Origin: Treponemataceae bacterium
GTDB lineage: Bacteria > Spirochaetota > Spirochaetia > Treponematales > Rectinemataceae
DNA length: 64,000 bases
Assembly (NCBI GenBank): GCA_963678065.2
Contig: CAXXVZ010000003.1
Location: 1,696,001-1,760,000, forward strand
Reading direction: 5' to 3'
Part shown: piece after piece, positions 51,496 to 61,535 of the stretch
Layout: every line of letters starts with the position of its first letter
Numbering within the stretch: the stretch's first letter is position 1
Notes under the pieces: model-generated
The model's input: the letters and a program-made list of their open reading frames with translations, nothing else
What the model was told of the DNA's origin: nothing
Database searches by the model: none
Translations under genes and position numbers: made by a program

Positions 51496-52494
51496 CTATT
51501 TGGTTTCGGTTTCCTTGCCACCTATCTTCCTTTTCTGGGTTTCGAACACCCGCTGGAAGAGGCAGAAGATAAAGACCAGGAAGCCCACGGCGATGCGCGT
51601 CCACCAGGAATTGAGGGTGCCCTGGAAGACGATCAGTACCTGGATCGTGCCGTAGACAAGAACCCCGAACACCGTCCCAAGGACGCTCCCCACGCCGCCG
51701 GTGAGGAGGGTGCCACCGATGACCACGGTGGCGATCGCGTCCATCTCCATGTTGGCGCCGTTCAGCGCATAGCCCGAAAGCGTGTAGAAGGTAAACACGA
51801 TGCCGGCGAGAGCCGAGCAAAACCCCGAAAAGCCGTAGATGGCTATCTTAGTCCGCGCGACGGGGAGGCCCATGAGGAGGGCGGACTGCTCATTCCCTCC
51901 GATAGCGTAGACGGTCCGTCCGAATTTCGTGGATCGCGATATGAACATGCCTACCAGGACGATGGCGAGGGCTATGACGACGCTTGGCGAAATGAAGCTG
52001 TTCCCAATGATGTTGATCTGCGCATGAGCTATGTCCTGCCAGAAGGGATTGGTTATCCCTATCGTGTCGATGCTGATCACATAGCAGAGCCCCCTCGCGA
52101 GGTAGAGGCCGGCGAGGGTGATGATGAAGGGTGGCAGCTCGAAGGTCTGGATGATGAAGCCCATCGCGAGGCCTAGGCTCATGCCCGCCAGAAGGACGAC
52201 AGGGATCACGAAGAGGGGATCCCAATGCGACCTTTCAAGGAGGCTCGAAGCCAGCATCGTCGAGAAGGCCAGGACGGAGCCAACCGAGAGGTCTATGCCT
52301 CCCGAGATGATGACAAAGGTCATTCCCACGCCGAGGATGAGGAGGTAGGAATTGTCGATGAAGAGGTTGAGGAAGTTCTGGGAAGAGAGGAAGCCCCTGA
52401 AGGATACCGATCCGATCCCGAACATGAGAACGAAGAGGCCGACGGTGACAAAGGTAGGGAAATTCCTGGGGTCGATGGCGCGTGGCTTTTTCAT
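51496..52494 (-). CDS. yjfF: Sugar ABC transporter permease YjfF-like
   Basis: FLNLFIDN, ISGGIDLSVGSV, PPFIITLAG, VVIGGTLLTGG, SWWTRIAVG. Confidence 0.8.
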   Translation of the reverse strand: MKKPRAIDPRNFPTFVTVGLFVLMFGIGSVSFRGFLSSQNFLNLFIDNSYLLILGVGMTFVIISGGIDLSVGSVLAFSTMLASSLLERSHWDPLFVIPVVLLAGMSLGLAMGFIIQTFELPPFIITLAGLYLARGLCYVISIDTIGITNPFWQDIAHAQINIIGNSFISPSVVIALAIVLVGMFISRSTKFGRTVYAIGGNEQSALLMGLPVARTKIAIYGFSGFCSALAGIVFTFYTLSGYALNGANMEMDAIATVVIGGTLLTGGVGSVLGTVFGVLVYGTIQVLIVFQGTLNSWWTRIAVGFLVFIFCLFQRVFETQKRKIGGKETETK

Positions 52495-53519
52495 GCTGAA
52501 AGCTCCCTTTTCCCGAACAGGCCTGCTATCATTGAGCGGAACTTGATCGATTGGAGGAGACTCACCACGAGGACGACCAAGGCGATGACCACCTTCGCGA
52601 TCTCCGGCGGGACACCGAAGGCGTAGATGGTCGTCGTTAAGGTCTGGACGATCAGGGCGCCGACCATGGAACCCATCAGGTAAAATTTCCCGCCGTTAAG
52701 CGACGTGCCGCCAAGGACGACGGCGAGTATGGCGCTCATCTCGTAGCCGAGGCCGGCGTTGTTCCCGTCGGCGCTCATGACGGTCGAGCAGACCACAAGG
52801 CCGGCGATTCCCGCGCAGAGCCCAGAGAAGGCGTAAATCCAGAAGATAATGTTCCTGGCGTTGATGCCCGAAAAACGCGCCGCCGTCGGGTTGATGCCCA
52901 CGGCTTCGATGAACATCCCGAGGGCTGTCCGCCGTGTAACCAACGCCGTTAGCAGAATAACGAAACCTACTATGAAGATCGAGAAGGGCAGGCCGAGGAA
53001 ATAGCCCTGACCCAGAAGGGCGAAGGGCTTGATATAGAGCCAGACGATCATCGCGTTGGTCGTGACCATGGCGATGCCCCTCCCTGCCACCGAGAGGATG
53101 AGTGTGGCGATGATAGGCTGCATGCCCACCCGCGAGACGAGCATGCCATTCCACATCCCCGCCACTACCGATACGACGAGGGCGGCTACCATCGCGTAAG
53201 GTATGGGATATTTAGGGACTCCCTTCAGGTCACCTCCAAGTAGCATGGCGACGACTCCCGCCGAGATCGCAACGATGGATCCAACGGAGATGTCGATCCC
53301 CTTCGTCGCAATGACGAGGGTCAGGCCGATCGCCAGCAGCATGATCGGGGCGGCATTCTTGATGATGTCGATCACGTTCCCGTAGAGGTGACCTTCCTTG
53401 ATCTCCACACGGAAGAAATGAGGCGTGAAGAAGAGGTTGAATGCCATGAGGACGGCGAGGGCCACGAGTGGCCAGATAATTTTCTTGTTTGTGATGCGTC
53501 TCCACCAGCCCATGTTCAT
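52491..53519 (-). CDS. ytfT: Sugar ABC transporter permease YtfT-like
   Basis: IATKGIDISVG, QPIIATL, ADGNNAGL, AVVLGGTSL. Confidence 0.8.
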   Translation of the reverse strand: MNMGWWRRITNKKIIWPLVALAVLMAFNLFFTPHFFRVEIKEGHLYGNVIDIIKNAAPIMLLAIGLTLVIATKGIDISVGSIVAISAGVVAMLLGGDLKGVPKYPIPYAMVAALVVSVVAGMWNGMLVSRVGMQPIIATLILSVAGRGIAMVTTNAMIVWLYIKPFALLGQGYFLGLPFSIFIVGFVILLTALVTRRTALGMFIEAVGINPTAARFSGINARNIIFWIYAFSGLCAGIAGLVVCSTVMSADGNNAGLGYEMSAILAVVLGGTSLNGGKFYLMGSMVGALIVQTLTTTIYAFGVPPEIAKVVIALVVLVVSLLQSIKFRSMIAGLFGKRELSA

Positions 53520-55036
53520 TTGCCTCCCGCGATGGTCTGCAAGATACCGCTCTCCGTCATTTCGGCTCCACTGAGCTCGGCTATCTTCACCTTGTCCTTG
53601 AGGACGGCGATCCTGTTGCTGCAGCGGATGACCTCCTCGAATTCCGATGATATGAAGAGCACGCTCAAGCCCTTCCTTGAGAGATTGAGAATCTGCTCCA
53701 TGATCTCGAGCTTGGCGCCGACGTCGATGCCGCGGGTCGGTTCGTCCAGGATGAGGATAATGGGGTCGGTGGCGAGCCATCTGGCCAGCATGACCTTCTG
53801 CTGATTGCCGCCCGAAAGCTGCCTGACCTCGTAGTTGGCGTTCGGTGTCTTGACTCCGAGGGAGGCGATCAACTCGTCGGCTATCTCCAACTGCTTCTTC
53901 TTCGAAAGGTAGCGGAATGTCCCCCGCTTTGCCTGGAGGGCCAGGATGATGTTCTCGCGGATCGAGAGCTCAGAGAAGACGCCCTCGTTCTTGCGGTCCT
54001 CGGAGCAGAAGCCAATGCCCGCCATCATCGCGTTCCGGGGGGAGCCGATGCTGGTTTTCTTGCCCTCGATGAACAGCTCTCCCTGGTCGGCGCTGCTGAT
54101 GCCGAAGATCAAGCGCGCCATCTCCGTCCTTCCGGAGCCCAGGAGACCCGCCAAGCCGAGGACCTCGCCCGAGTCCAGCTTGAGGTCGAAGGGCGCGATG
54201 GAGCCCTGGAGACCCAGTCCCTCCACGCGGAGGACGGCTTCCTTCCCGGCCTTGGCCGCCGTCTTCCGGACGGCGCCAGCGTCGGCCGTGTACTTGAAAT
54301 CGGTAAGCTCCTTGCCGAGCATCTTGGTGATGAGGTCCAGCTTGGGAAGCTTGTCGGCCATGTACTCTCCCACGAAGGTGCCGTTCTTCAGGATCGTGAT
54401 CCTGTCGGATATCTCGTAGGTTTGGTCGAGGAAGTGGGTTATGAAGAGGATGGCTAAGCCTTCGTCCCGCAGTTTCCTGATGACCTTGAAGAGCTGCTCC
54501 ACCTCGGTGTCGTCGAGACTCGAGGTCGGCTCGTCGAGGATGAGGACCTTGGCCGAGGAATCGAGGACGCGGGCGATGGCGACCATCTGCTGGATCGCGA
54601 TGGAATAAGAGGCGAGTGTCCGCGTCACGTCGATCCGGATATTGAGCCTGGACAGGACCTCCTCGGCCCCTCGGTTGATGGCTTTCCAGTCTATCCGGCC
54701 CAGCTTCTTAGGCTCCTTGCCTATGAAGATGTTCTCTGCCACCGACAGATTGAGGCAAAGGTTGACCTCCTGATAGACGGTGTTGATGCCCAGCTTCTGG
54801 GCGGCGAGCGGGGAATCGGGCCGGATGGGCTTTCCCTCGAGCAGCATCTCGCCTGAATCCTGCTTGTAGACTCCGGTGAGCACCTTGACGAGGGTGGACT
54901 TGCCCGCCCCGTTCTGCCCCATAATGGCATGGACCTCGCCTCGGAAAAGGCGGAAATCCACGTCAGCGAGGGCCTGCACTCCAGGGAAGCCCTTGCTGAT
55001 CTTCTTCATCTCGATGATAGGAGCCCTGTCGGACAT
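53516..55036 (-). CDS. ytfR: Sugar ABC transporter ATP-binding protein (two ABC domains)
   Basis: GQNGAGKST, LILDEPT, LSGGNQQK, DEPTRGIDVGAK. Confidence 0.88.
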   Translation of the reverse strand: MSDRAPIIEMKKISKGFPGVQALADVDFRLFRGEVHAIMGQNGAGKSTLVKVLTGVYKQDSGEMLLEGKPIRPDSPLAAQKLGINTVYQEVNLCLNLSVAENIFIGKEPKKLGRIDWKAINRGAEEVLSRLNIRIDVTRTLASYSIAIQQMVAIARVLDSSAKVLILDEPTSSLDDTEVEQLFKVIRKLRDEGLAILFITHFLDQTYEISDRITILKNGTFVGEYMADKLPKLDLITKMLGKELTDFKYTADAGAVRKTAAKAGKEAVLRVEGLGLQGSIAPFDLKLDSGEVLGLAGLLGSGRTEMARLIFGISSADQGELFIEGKKTSIGSPRNAMMAGIGFCSEDRKNEGVFSELSIRENIILALQAKRGTFRYLSKKKQLEIADELIASLGVKTPNANYEVRQLSGGNQQKVMLARWLATDPIILILDEPTRGIDVGAKLEIMEQILNLSRKGLSVLFISSEFEEVIRCSNRIAVLKDKVKIAELSGAEMTESGILQTIAGGK

Positions 55037-55078
55037 TCCCACGCCTCCCGCGAACATTGATTGGCTTGTTTGAGTATC

Positions 55079-55115
55079 GATCAAGACCACCCCGTTTACC
55101 GGGGTGGTCTTGATC
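55079..55115. other. Perfect 16-bp hairpin between SBP and ATPase genes
   Basis: GATCAAGACCACCCCG-TTTAC-CGGGGTGGTCTTGATC. Confidence 0.8.
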
Positions 55116-55147
55116 TTTTTTTCAATTATAGAACGATTTTGCTTGTA

Positions 55148-56125
55148 CTAGTACTGGCGGGACGGAAGGGCGGCTGCAGCGTTGGTCGCGTCGAAGATGC
55201 CTTCGATCGTCCAGATCCTCGCGGGGAGTTTCTTCCCGTCGCGGAGGTCGGACACGGCCTGGACGGCCTGGGGACCGAGGAGGGGGCTGCACTCGACCGT
55301 GCAGTTCATCTCGCCGGCTACGATTGCCTCGAAAGCGCCTTTTACTGCGTCGACGCCGACGATGATGATGTCCTTGCCCGGCTTGAGTCCGGCTTCCTTG
55401 ATCGCCTGGATGGCGCCGAGAGCCATGCCGTCGTTGTGGGCATAGAGAACCTGGATAGTCTTGTCGGCCTTGAGGAAGGCTTCCATGACGGCCTTGCCCT
55501 CGGAGGTGGTGAAGTTGCCGGTCTGGGAGCGGGTGAGCTGCCAGTTCGAGTGCTGCTTCATGACGGTGGCGAAACCAGTCTTGCGATCGATGGCGGGAGC
55601 CGAGCCGGTCGTACCCTGGAGCTCGACGATGTTGACACTCTTCTTTCCGTCATCAAGACCCTGTTTCTTGAGGTAGTCGGCGAGCCATGTGCCCGCTTTC
55701 TCGCCTTCCTTCACGAAGTCCGAGCCCATGATCGTCAGCCTGAGGGCGCGGTCGGCTTCCTGGACGTCGCGGTCGATCATGATGACGGGGATGCCCGCCT
55801 TCTTGGCTTCCTGGAGCACGGGGCCGTATCCGGTCTCGACGAGGGCGGTGAACACGATGCAGTCAACCTTCCTGGCGATGAAAGAGCGCAGCGCCTTGAT
55901 TTGGTTCTCCTGCTTCTGCTGGGCGTCGGAATAAATCAGGATGAAGCTGTTGTCTTCGTTGAAGGCGTTCTGGACGGAGATCGTATCGGCCGTTCTCCAC
56001 TCGCTCTCGGAGCCGATCTGGGAGAAGCCGACGACCCAGGTTTTCGGAGGCGCGGCAAACACGGACGCGGTGCAGATCATCATGGCTACGGCCAACAGCA
56101 TTAAACCTCTTTTCCAATTCCTCAT
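55148..56125 (-). CDS. ytfQ: Sugar ABC transporter binding protein (YtfQ galactofuranose/arabinose-like)
   Basis: VGFSQIGSESEWR, DAQQKQENQIKA, ELQGTTGS, RSQTGNFT, VECSPLLGP. Confidence 0.85.
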   Translation of the reverse strand: MRNWKRGLMLLAVAMMICTASVFAAPPKTWVVGFSQIGSESEWRTADTISVQNAFNEDNSFILIYSDAQQKQENQIKALRSFIARKVDCIVFTALVETGYGPVLQEAKKAGIPVIMIDRDVQEADRALRLTIMGSDFVKEGEKAGTWLADYLKKQGLDDGKKSVNIVELQGTTGSAPAIDRKTGFATVMKQHSNWQLTRSQTGNFTTSEGKAVMEAFLKADKTIQVLYAHNDGMALGAIQAIKEAGLKPGKDIIIVGVDAVKGAFEAIVAGEMNCTVECSPLLGPQAVQAVSDLRDGKKLPARIWTIEGIFDATNAAAALPSRQY

Positions 56126-56285
56126 AGAAAATCCTCCTCTACGTACATTCGCGTCTTTCCGACGCTGAACTTTTCCCCCAGCCTAGGGCTTATTCAGGGG
56201 AACCAAATGACAAAATGCCCACATCCGCCAGCCTCGGGCGGACGCGTTTTACCCTTTTTCACTCCCGGCGGCCTCCTTCTGTACC

Positions 56286-56930
56286 TTACTTCTGGACGTT
56301 CAGGAACTTGTAAAGACTTTTATTGGAAAGAATTTGTTCGATCGAGAAATTCAAGGGACCGATGACATCGGTAACGGCTCCGGAAGCGTTCATGAGGGTG
56401 AGGGTGTTGTTGATCGCTATGATCTTCACTTTCCCGCCCAGGGCGAGGATATCCCCATACTTGATGTCCCGGGACTCGCCCGATTCGCTCCGGTAGATTT
56501 GCCGGCCGAGGTATTTGGTGACGACGAGCTTGTCTTTGAAGCTTGAATCCGGCTTGGTCGCGCTCCCCCTCGGGAAGGCTACGACCCTGGGCTTGCCCTT
56601 GAGAATATCGGCGACCTTGCGCACGAGTTCCCCCTTCTCCGGGCCCTGGAGTTCGTATACCTCGGTCGGTTTGGTCGCGATAACGAATTCCAGCCAGTCC
56701 TGCTCGACGTTGATCTTGATCTCGGCCGTCGTGGGAATGACGTCTCCAGCCTTAGCCACGGTCCATCCCGACCCCCCGGCTTTCCGGAAGCTGACATAGC
56801 CGTCGCTCGTCTCGGAGTAGAGGCCGACGACGGTGACGGAGACCGCCTTGGCGTCGGCGGCGAATGCCGCGGTCGCCAGGAATAGTCCGGCGGCCGCCAG
56901 AATGGATATTCTTTTCAACGATTGTTTCAT
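56286..56930 (-). CDS. Secreted hypothetical protein
   Basis: Signal peptide (AFA), GGAG RBS, first gene after promoter/operator. Confidence 0.7.
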   Translation of the reverse strand: MKQSLKRISILAAAGLFLATAAFAADAKAVSVTVVGLYSETSDGYVSFRKAGGSGWTVAKAGDVIPTTAEIKINVEQDWLEFVIATKPTEVYELQGPEKGELVRKVADILKGKPRVVAFPRGSATKPDSSFKDKLVVTKYLGRQIYRSESGESRDIKYGDILALGGKVKIIAINNTLTLMNASGAVTDVIGPLNFSIEQILSNKSLYKFLNVQK

Positions 56931-56977
56931 ATTCGCTCCGTTGGCCGGATCATCCGGCTTAGTGGCTCGGCATCGGG

Positions 56978-57034
56978 TGCGTTAACGTACACGCTCTCGA
57001 GTTCAATCCTATCAGTGGTTCCCGGTTTTGTCAA
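56978..57034 (-). promoter_or_regulatory. sigma70 promoter plus candidate LacI-type operator for ABC operon
   Basis: Minus strand TTGACA-17-TAGGAT, then AGCGTGTACGTTAACGCA (56978-56995). Confidence 0.72.
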
Positions 57035-57084
57035 ATTTTTTTTGTGGAAATCTTTCCGCCGGGAAGGAAGCCTAGACGCGAGGA

Positions 57085-57114
57085 TTGACATCGAAGAAAA
57101 CAGCCCCCTACAAT
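57085..57114 (+). promoter_or_regulatory. sigma70 promoter of LacI regulator
   Basis: TTGACA-18-TACAAT. Confidence 0.6.
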
Positions 57115-57156
57115 CGGGGAAAGTAGAACTGCATCCGAACCGGGAGAAATCGAGAC

Positions 57157-58197
57157 ATGACCCTACGGGAAATCGCTGAAGCCGCCGGCATATCCATCGG
57201 GACCGTCGACCGTGTCCTGCACGACAGAGGGCGGGTATCGGCTTCGACGAAGGCCAAGGTGGAAACCATCATCAGGGATTCGAGCTACAAACCGAACATG
57301 GCGGCCCGACAGCTTAAGTTGAACCGCCCCTACAACTTCGCCTGCCTCATCCCGAGCCTCGGGGAAGACTCGGGCTACTGGAGGATAGTCTATGCCGGGG
57401 TGCAGAAGGCCGCCAGGGAACTGGCCCCCTTCCGCGTCTCCATAAAGAAGATCGAATTCGACCGATACAGCGAATCCTCGTTCCACGAACACATCCAGCA
57501 ATTGTTCTCGGCGGAATTCGACAGCCTCCTCATGGCCCCCGTCCTCCCCGAAGCCTCCATGGCCCTGCTCCACAGGCTGCCGGCCGATTTTCCCGTCATG
57601 TTCTTCGACGCCCAGCTGCCCGGCTACTCCCCAATCTCCCGCATAGGCCAGAACGCCTTCCAAAGCGGCACCCTCGCGGGTCGAATGCTCGACGCCCTCG
57701 CGACACGCAAGGGAACCTACTGTGTTATCAGCACCCACGCCGAGGATTTCCATATCCAGAAGCGGGTCGAGGGCTTCCTTTCGTATTTCGCCTCGATCGG
57801 GGCGAAGCGAAATATCGGCACCTTCCAATGCTTCGACATCGAGCACAAGGAAAAACGGGAGTTCTTCCTCAGGCAACTTCTACGGAAGCATCCCGACGTC
57901 GACGGAATCTTCGTGACGAACGCCTCTGCCCACAGGGTAGCCACCTTCGTCAACGAAGACGCCGACCGCCATATCGCTACCGTCGGCTACGACCTCGTCC
58001 CCGAGAACGCCCGTCAGCTCAAGGCCGGCCTCCTGGACGTCGTCCTATCCCAGCGCCCCGAATACCAAGGATACGAGAGCGTCTACCAGCTCTACTCCCA
58101 CGTCGTCCTCCAGCAGGAAATCGAGAGAGAAATCATCGTCCCGATCGAGATCTTCATGAAGGAAAACCTACCCGTCGAAGTCAGTCCAGCAACCTGA
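57157..58197 (+). CDS. LacI family transcriptional regulator
   Basis: HTH TLREIAEAAGISIGTVDRVLHDRGRVS, YKPN hinge, periplasmic-binding-like domain. Confidence 0.92.
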   Translation: MTLREIAEAAGISIGTVDRVLHDRGRVSASTKAKVETIIRDSSYKPNMAARQLKLNRPYNFACLIPSLGEDSGYWRIVYAGVQKAARELAPFRVSIKKIEFDRYSESSFHEHIQQLFSAEFDSLLMAPVLPEASMALLHRLPADFPVMFFDAQLPGYSPISRIGQNAFQSGTLAGRMLDALATRKGTYCVISTHAEDFHIQKRVEGFLSYFASIGAKRNIGTFQCFDIEHKEKREFFLRQLLRKHPDVDGIFVTNASAHRVATFVNEDADRHIATVGYDLVPENARQLKAGLLDVVLSQRPEYQGYESVYQLYSHVVLQQEIEREIIVPIEIFMKENLPVEVSPAT

Positions 58198-58814
58198 TCG
58201 CTTCCCCGGCGAAAGCTTCCCCAAGCCTGGCATGCTCCCCGGGATCCAGATGTATCCCATCGACGTCGCTGGATCGGATCACCGAGCCCGCGTCGAAAAA
58301 AGGGATACCGTTCTGTTCTGCCAATGCTCCTGTCCCTGCCCAGGGTGAGCGATTTCTCGGCCCCTCCCAGGAAGTCCTGGGCGAAGCTCTCCATCCTGCC
58401 GAAGGGCGAGGGCGCCACGGCGGGGACCTTTGGGGCCGCGCCGGCTGGACCCGAACCCGAAATCCGGACGAGGCCGGCGAGACAAGCCACTCCCTTCCCG
58501 ACATCGTAGGAGGAAACGCCGAAGCGGTTCTTGAGGTCGTTCGCCCCCAGGAGGAAGATGACGAGGTCCAGGGGCTTGTGGGTTTCGAGGCAGGGGAGGA
58601 GGTACCTCAAGCCGTTCTTCTCGCCGAAGGGATCGTCCCAGACCGTCGTCCGGCCGTTCTACCCCTCGAGGACAACCTCGAAGGCGCCGGGCTGGGTCGC
58701 CTCCAGGGACGCGGCGAGGACGCTCGTCCAGCGGAGGGCTTTGGGATAACGTCCCGTCGTTCTCGGGTCGTAGCCCCAGGTATTGGAGTCTCCGTAGCAG
58801 AGGATTGTTTTCAT
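58181..58814 (-). pseudogene. SGNH/GDSL hydrolase pseudogene
   Basis: MKTILCYGDSNTWG, in-frame TAG at 58659-58661 (EG*NGRTT), LGANDLK, frameshift before DGIHL. Confidence 0.85.
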
Positions 58815-58824
58815 GGTGTCGACC

Positions 58825-59040
58825 TCACTGCAGTTTTCTCAGCCGCAGCTCGATGCCGGGCCCGTTCGCCAAGAGCTTCGAGATGACGCCGGTGTCGGTG
58901 TTCCCGAAGTGGTAGGGATAGAGGATCCTCGGTCGGATGACCCTGACGGCCTCGGCTACCTGCTCGCTCGTCATCGTGTAGGGCAGGTTCATGGGAAGAA
59001 ACGCCAGGTCGACGGAATCGCCCCAGTCCAGGGCTTCGCC
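58825..59040 (-). pseudogene. C-terminal fragment of MBL-fold metallo-hydrolase
   Basis: VDLAFLPMNLPYTM..IRPRILYPYHFG; N-terminal HxHxDH absent. Confidence 0.65.
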
Positions 59041-59113
59041 AGAGCCCAGCTTTCTCCGGGACGCAGGTGATTCTGAGTTCGCCCCGCCCCGTATCGAAGG
59101 CATCGGTTTCCTT

Positions 59114-59821
59114 ATCTTCGTGGCCTACGGGAATACGATAATGCGCACGCTCGCAGGCACGAGCCTGAGCATCATGCTGAGCATCCTCACCGCCTTCCCC
59201 CTCTCGCGCCGCAGGCTCCGCGGCCGGGGCGGCCTCTCCATGCTTTTCTTCTTCACGATGCTTTTCACCGGTGGCATGATACCGACCTACCTCATCGTCC
59301 AGTCCTACGGCCTCATCGACACGTTCTGGGCCCTCGTCCTGCCTTCGGCCATGAGCGCCTACAACATGTTCATCCTGCGCAACTACTTCAAGTCGATCCC
59401 GGATTCCTTGGAGGAGAGCGCCCACATGGACGGCGCGAACTCCTTCACCGTCCTGTTCAGAATTTTCGTCCCTGTCTCGAAACCGGCCATCGCCGCCGTG
59501 GCCATGTTCTACGGCGTCGCCAGCTGGAACGAGTACATGGACGGCATCCTGTACACGAACAAGCCCCAGCTCGAGATCCTCCAGGTCTACCTGCGCAAGC
59601 TCATCGCCTCGACGGGCACACTGAACTCGCTTTCGGTCGTCGGCAACCTGAGCGCGGCGGCCTCCCTGAGCGAGGAGAGCATGAAGATGGCGACGATCGC
59701 GGTGTCGATCATCCCCATCCTTGTCGTGTACCCCTTCCTCCAGCGCTACTACACGAGGGGAATAACCCTGGGCGCAGTCAAAGAATGAGAGAAAGTCAAG
59801 AATGCTGAATACATATTTCCA
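59114..59821 (+). repeat. 708-bp near-identical duplicate of 14576-15283 (5'-truncated permease pseudogene)
   Basis: Collinear, only a handful of substitutions, includes stop and downstream spacer. Confidence 0.92.
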
Positions 59822-60776
59822 CGGTGTCTGCTATGGCAGCCGCATGGGAGTGCATGGCTTCGTGGACCGCATGGAGGAAATGTTCGACTGGCTCCCCGAC
59901 AGGGCGGACCCGACCTGGAAGGACTGCTGGACCGAAGCCTCGGAGATACCGGAGTTCGCCAAACGCAACGGCAGGGAGAGCGGCCTGGGCCGCCTCATGT
60001 TCAACTTCCCCCGCGCCAACATGATCCGCGCCTTCGGACCGGAAAACTGGTGGGAAGCATGGATGGAAATAAACGCGGCCAGGATGCGCCTGTGGGGCAT
60101 CAATACCATCGGCGTCGGCGTAAACAACTACGTCGACGAACGGGTCCAGGATTTCCTCGCAAAGGCGAAAATACCATTCGTCGTGACCCTGAAGAATTTC
60201 CCGCTGACCAAACCCTGTATCTACCGCGACTTTCCCGATGTCTTCAGCCCCGAGTACTCAGGCGGTTCCGAGCGCTTCGCCCGCGAGCAATTGGCTCCCT
60301 ACGCCGGCAATCCTTACATGATCGGCTACTTCATAACCAACGAACCGGAGTGGCTTTTCCAGGACTCGGTCAATCCCGCCGAACGGGTTCTCGCCCACTC
60401 AGGCGAGCTTCACAGCAAGAACGCGCTCATCGACTTTTTGCGCGGCAGATATGCGGACGATATCGGCAACCTCGCCACCGGTCTCGTCTTCTCCCCCAGC
60501 CAGACCGAAAGGACCAAGGCCTGCCTCTTCTACATGGAGCGGGCCATGGCCCACAGCTGCAGCGTGGGGGCCCACTACTTCGAGTGGAACGACCAGCCCG
60601 TACTGGGGCGCTTCGACGGCGAGTGCATGCAGCATGGCCTCATAAGCCTGTGCAACGTTCCTTATCCCGAGCTCACGTCGGCCATGGAAAAGCTGGCGCC
60701 CCGCATGTACAGGATCGTGGCCGGCGAGATCCTTCCCACGACGGAAGAAGGCGAGACAATCGGAAATTATTCGTGA
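59821..60776 (+). pseudogene. Truncated, internally deleted paralog of the GH50-like gene
   Basis: Starts at GVCYGSRMG; DDIG joins NLAT, removing about 120 codons; many synonymous differences from 17774-19092. Confidence 0.85.
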
Positions 60777-60880
60777 TAGCCTGATCGCTCCCGGTGACCG
60801 TCCCTTTTCCGCATCTTCTCCGTCCGGCACGCGGGGAAAAGGGGAAGATAAGAAGGTCTGTCCGCAACGGGGAGGATTTA

Positions 60881-61531
60881 GTGGAAACGAATTTTCCTCT
60901 GCTCGATATGGCGCTCAGGGCCGGGCGACTCAACGGCATGATGCCGCGAAAGCTCTCCTTCCCGCGAGGTGAATTCCTCGCCCGACAGAACGGGAGCCTG
61001 CGCGGAGTTCTCTTCCTCGTCGCGGGACTGGTCCGCTCGAGCATCGTCGCCGAGAACGGAAAGGAAGTCCTCATCGCTCTCTCCGGCCGCACAGAGACGA
61101 TCGGCGACGTCGAGTATTTTCTGGGAACAGACATCATCTGCGATGTCAGAGCGCTCGAAGCGACAACCTGCTACCTCTTTTCGTACACCGAACTCGACTC
61201 CCTCATCAGGACGGAGCCAGAGATCGCGAAAGGTCTCGGCCGCATCCTCGCCTCGCGCCTGCAGAAGAACTCCGCGCGCATCGCGACGAGCCACGCCTTC
61301 CCCCTAGCCTACGGCGTCCTGAAAGCTCTCATCGGACGCTTCGATGGCGGGGCGCCCGCGGGACCGATGTCCAAATCAGAGCTGGCTGGCTACGTCGGAG
61401 GATCGGCCCGGCATATGGCGCGCGTCATCAGGAATCTCGAGGAGTCGGGCATCGTCGAGTCGGGAGGCGGAAAAATAATCCGTGTCGACAGAGCGCGCGC
61501 CATCGCGCGGATGGACGAACTCGGGGAGTAA
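60881..61531 (+). CDS. Crp/Fnr family transcriptional regulator
   Basis: GGAGG RBS plus GTG; cNMP domain (ENGKE, IGDVE, VRALE) and C-terminal HTH (ELAGYVGGSARHMAR). Confidence 0.82.
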   Translation: METNFPLLDMALRAGRLNGMMPRKLSFPRGEFLARQNGSLRGVLFLVAGLVRSSIVAENGKEVLIALSGRTETIGDVEYFLGTDIICDVRALEATTCYLFSYTELDSLIRTEPEIAKGLGRILASRLQKNSARIATSHAFPLAYGVLKALIGRFDGGAPAGPMSKSELAGYVGGSARHMARVIRNLEESGIVESGGGKIIRVDRARAIARMDELGE

Positions 61532-61535
61532 TCCT

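Noticed and set aside
58659..58661. In-frame TAG as pyrrolysine/readthrough
   Set aside because: The same gene also has a downstream frameshift and lies among other remnants
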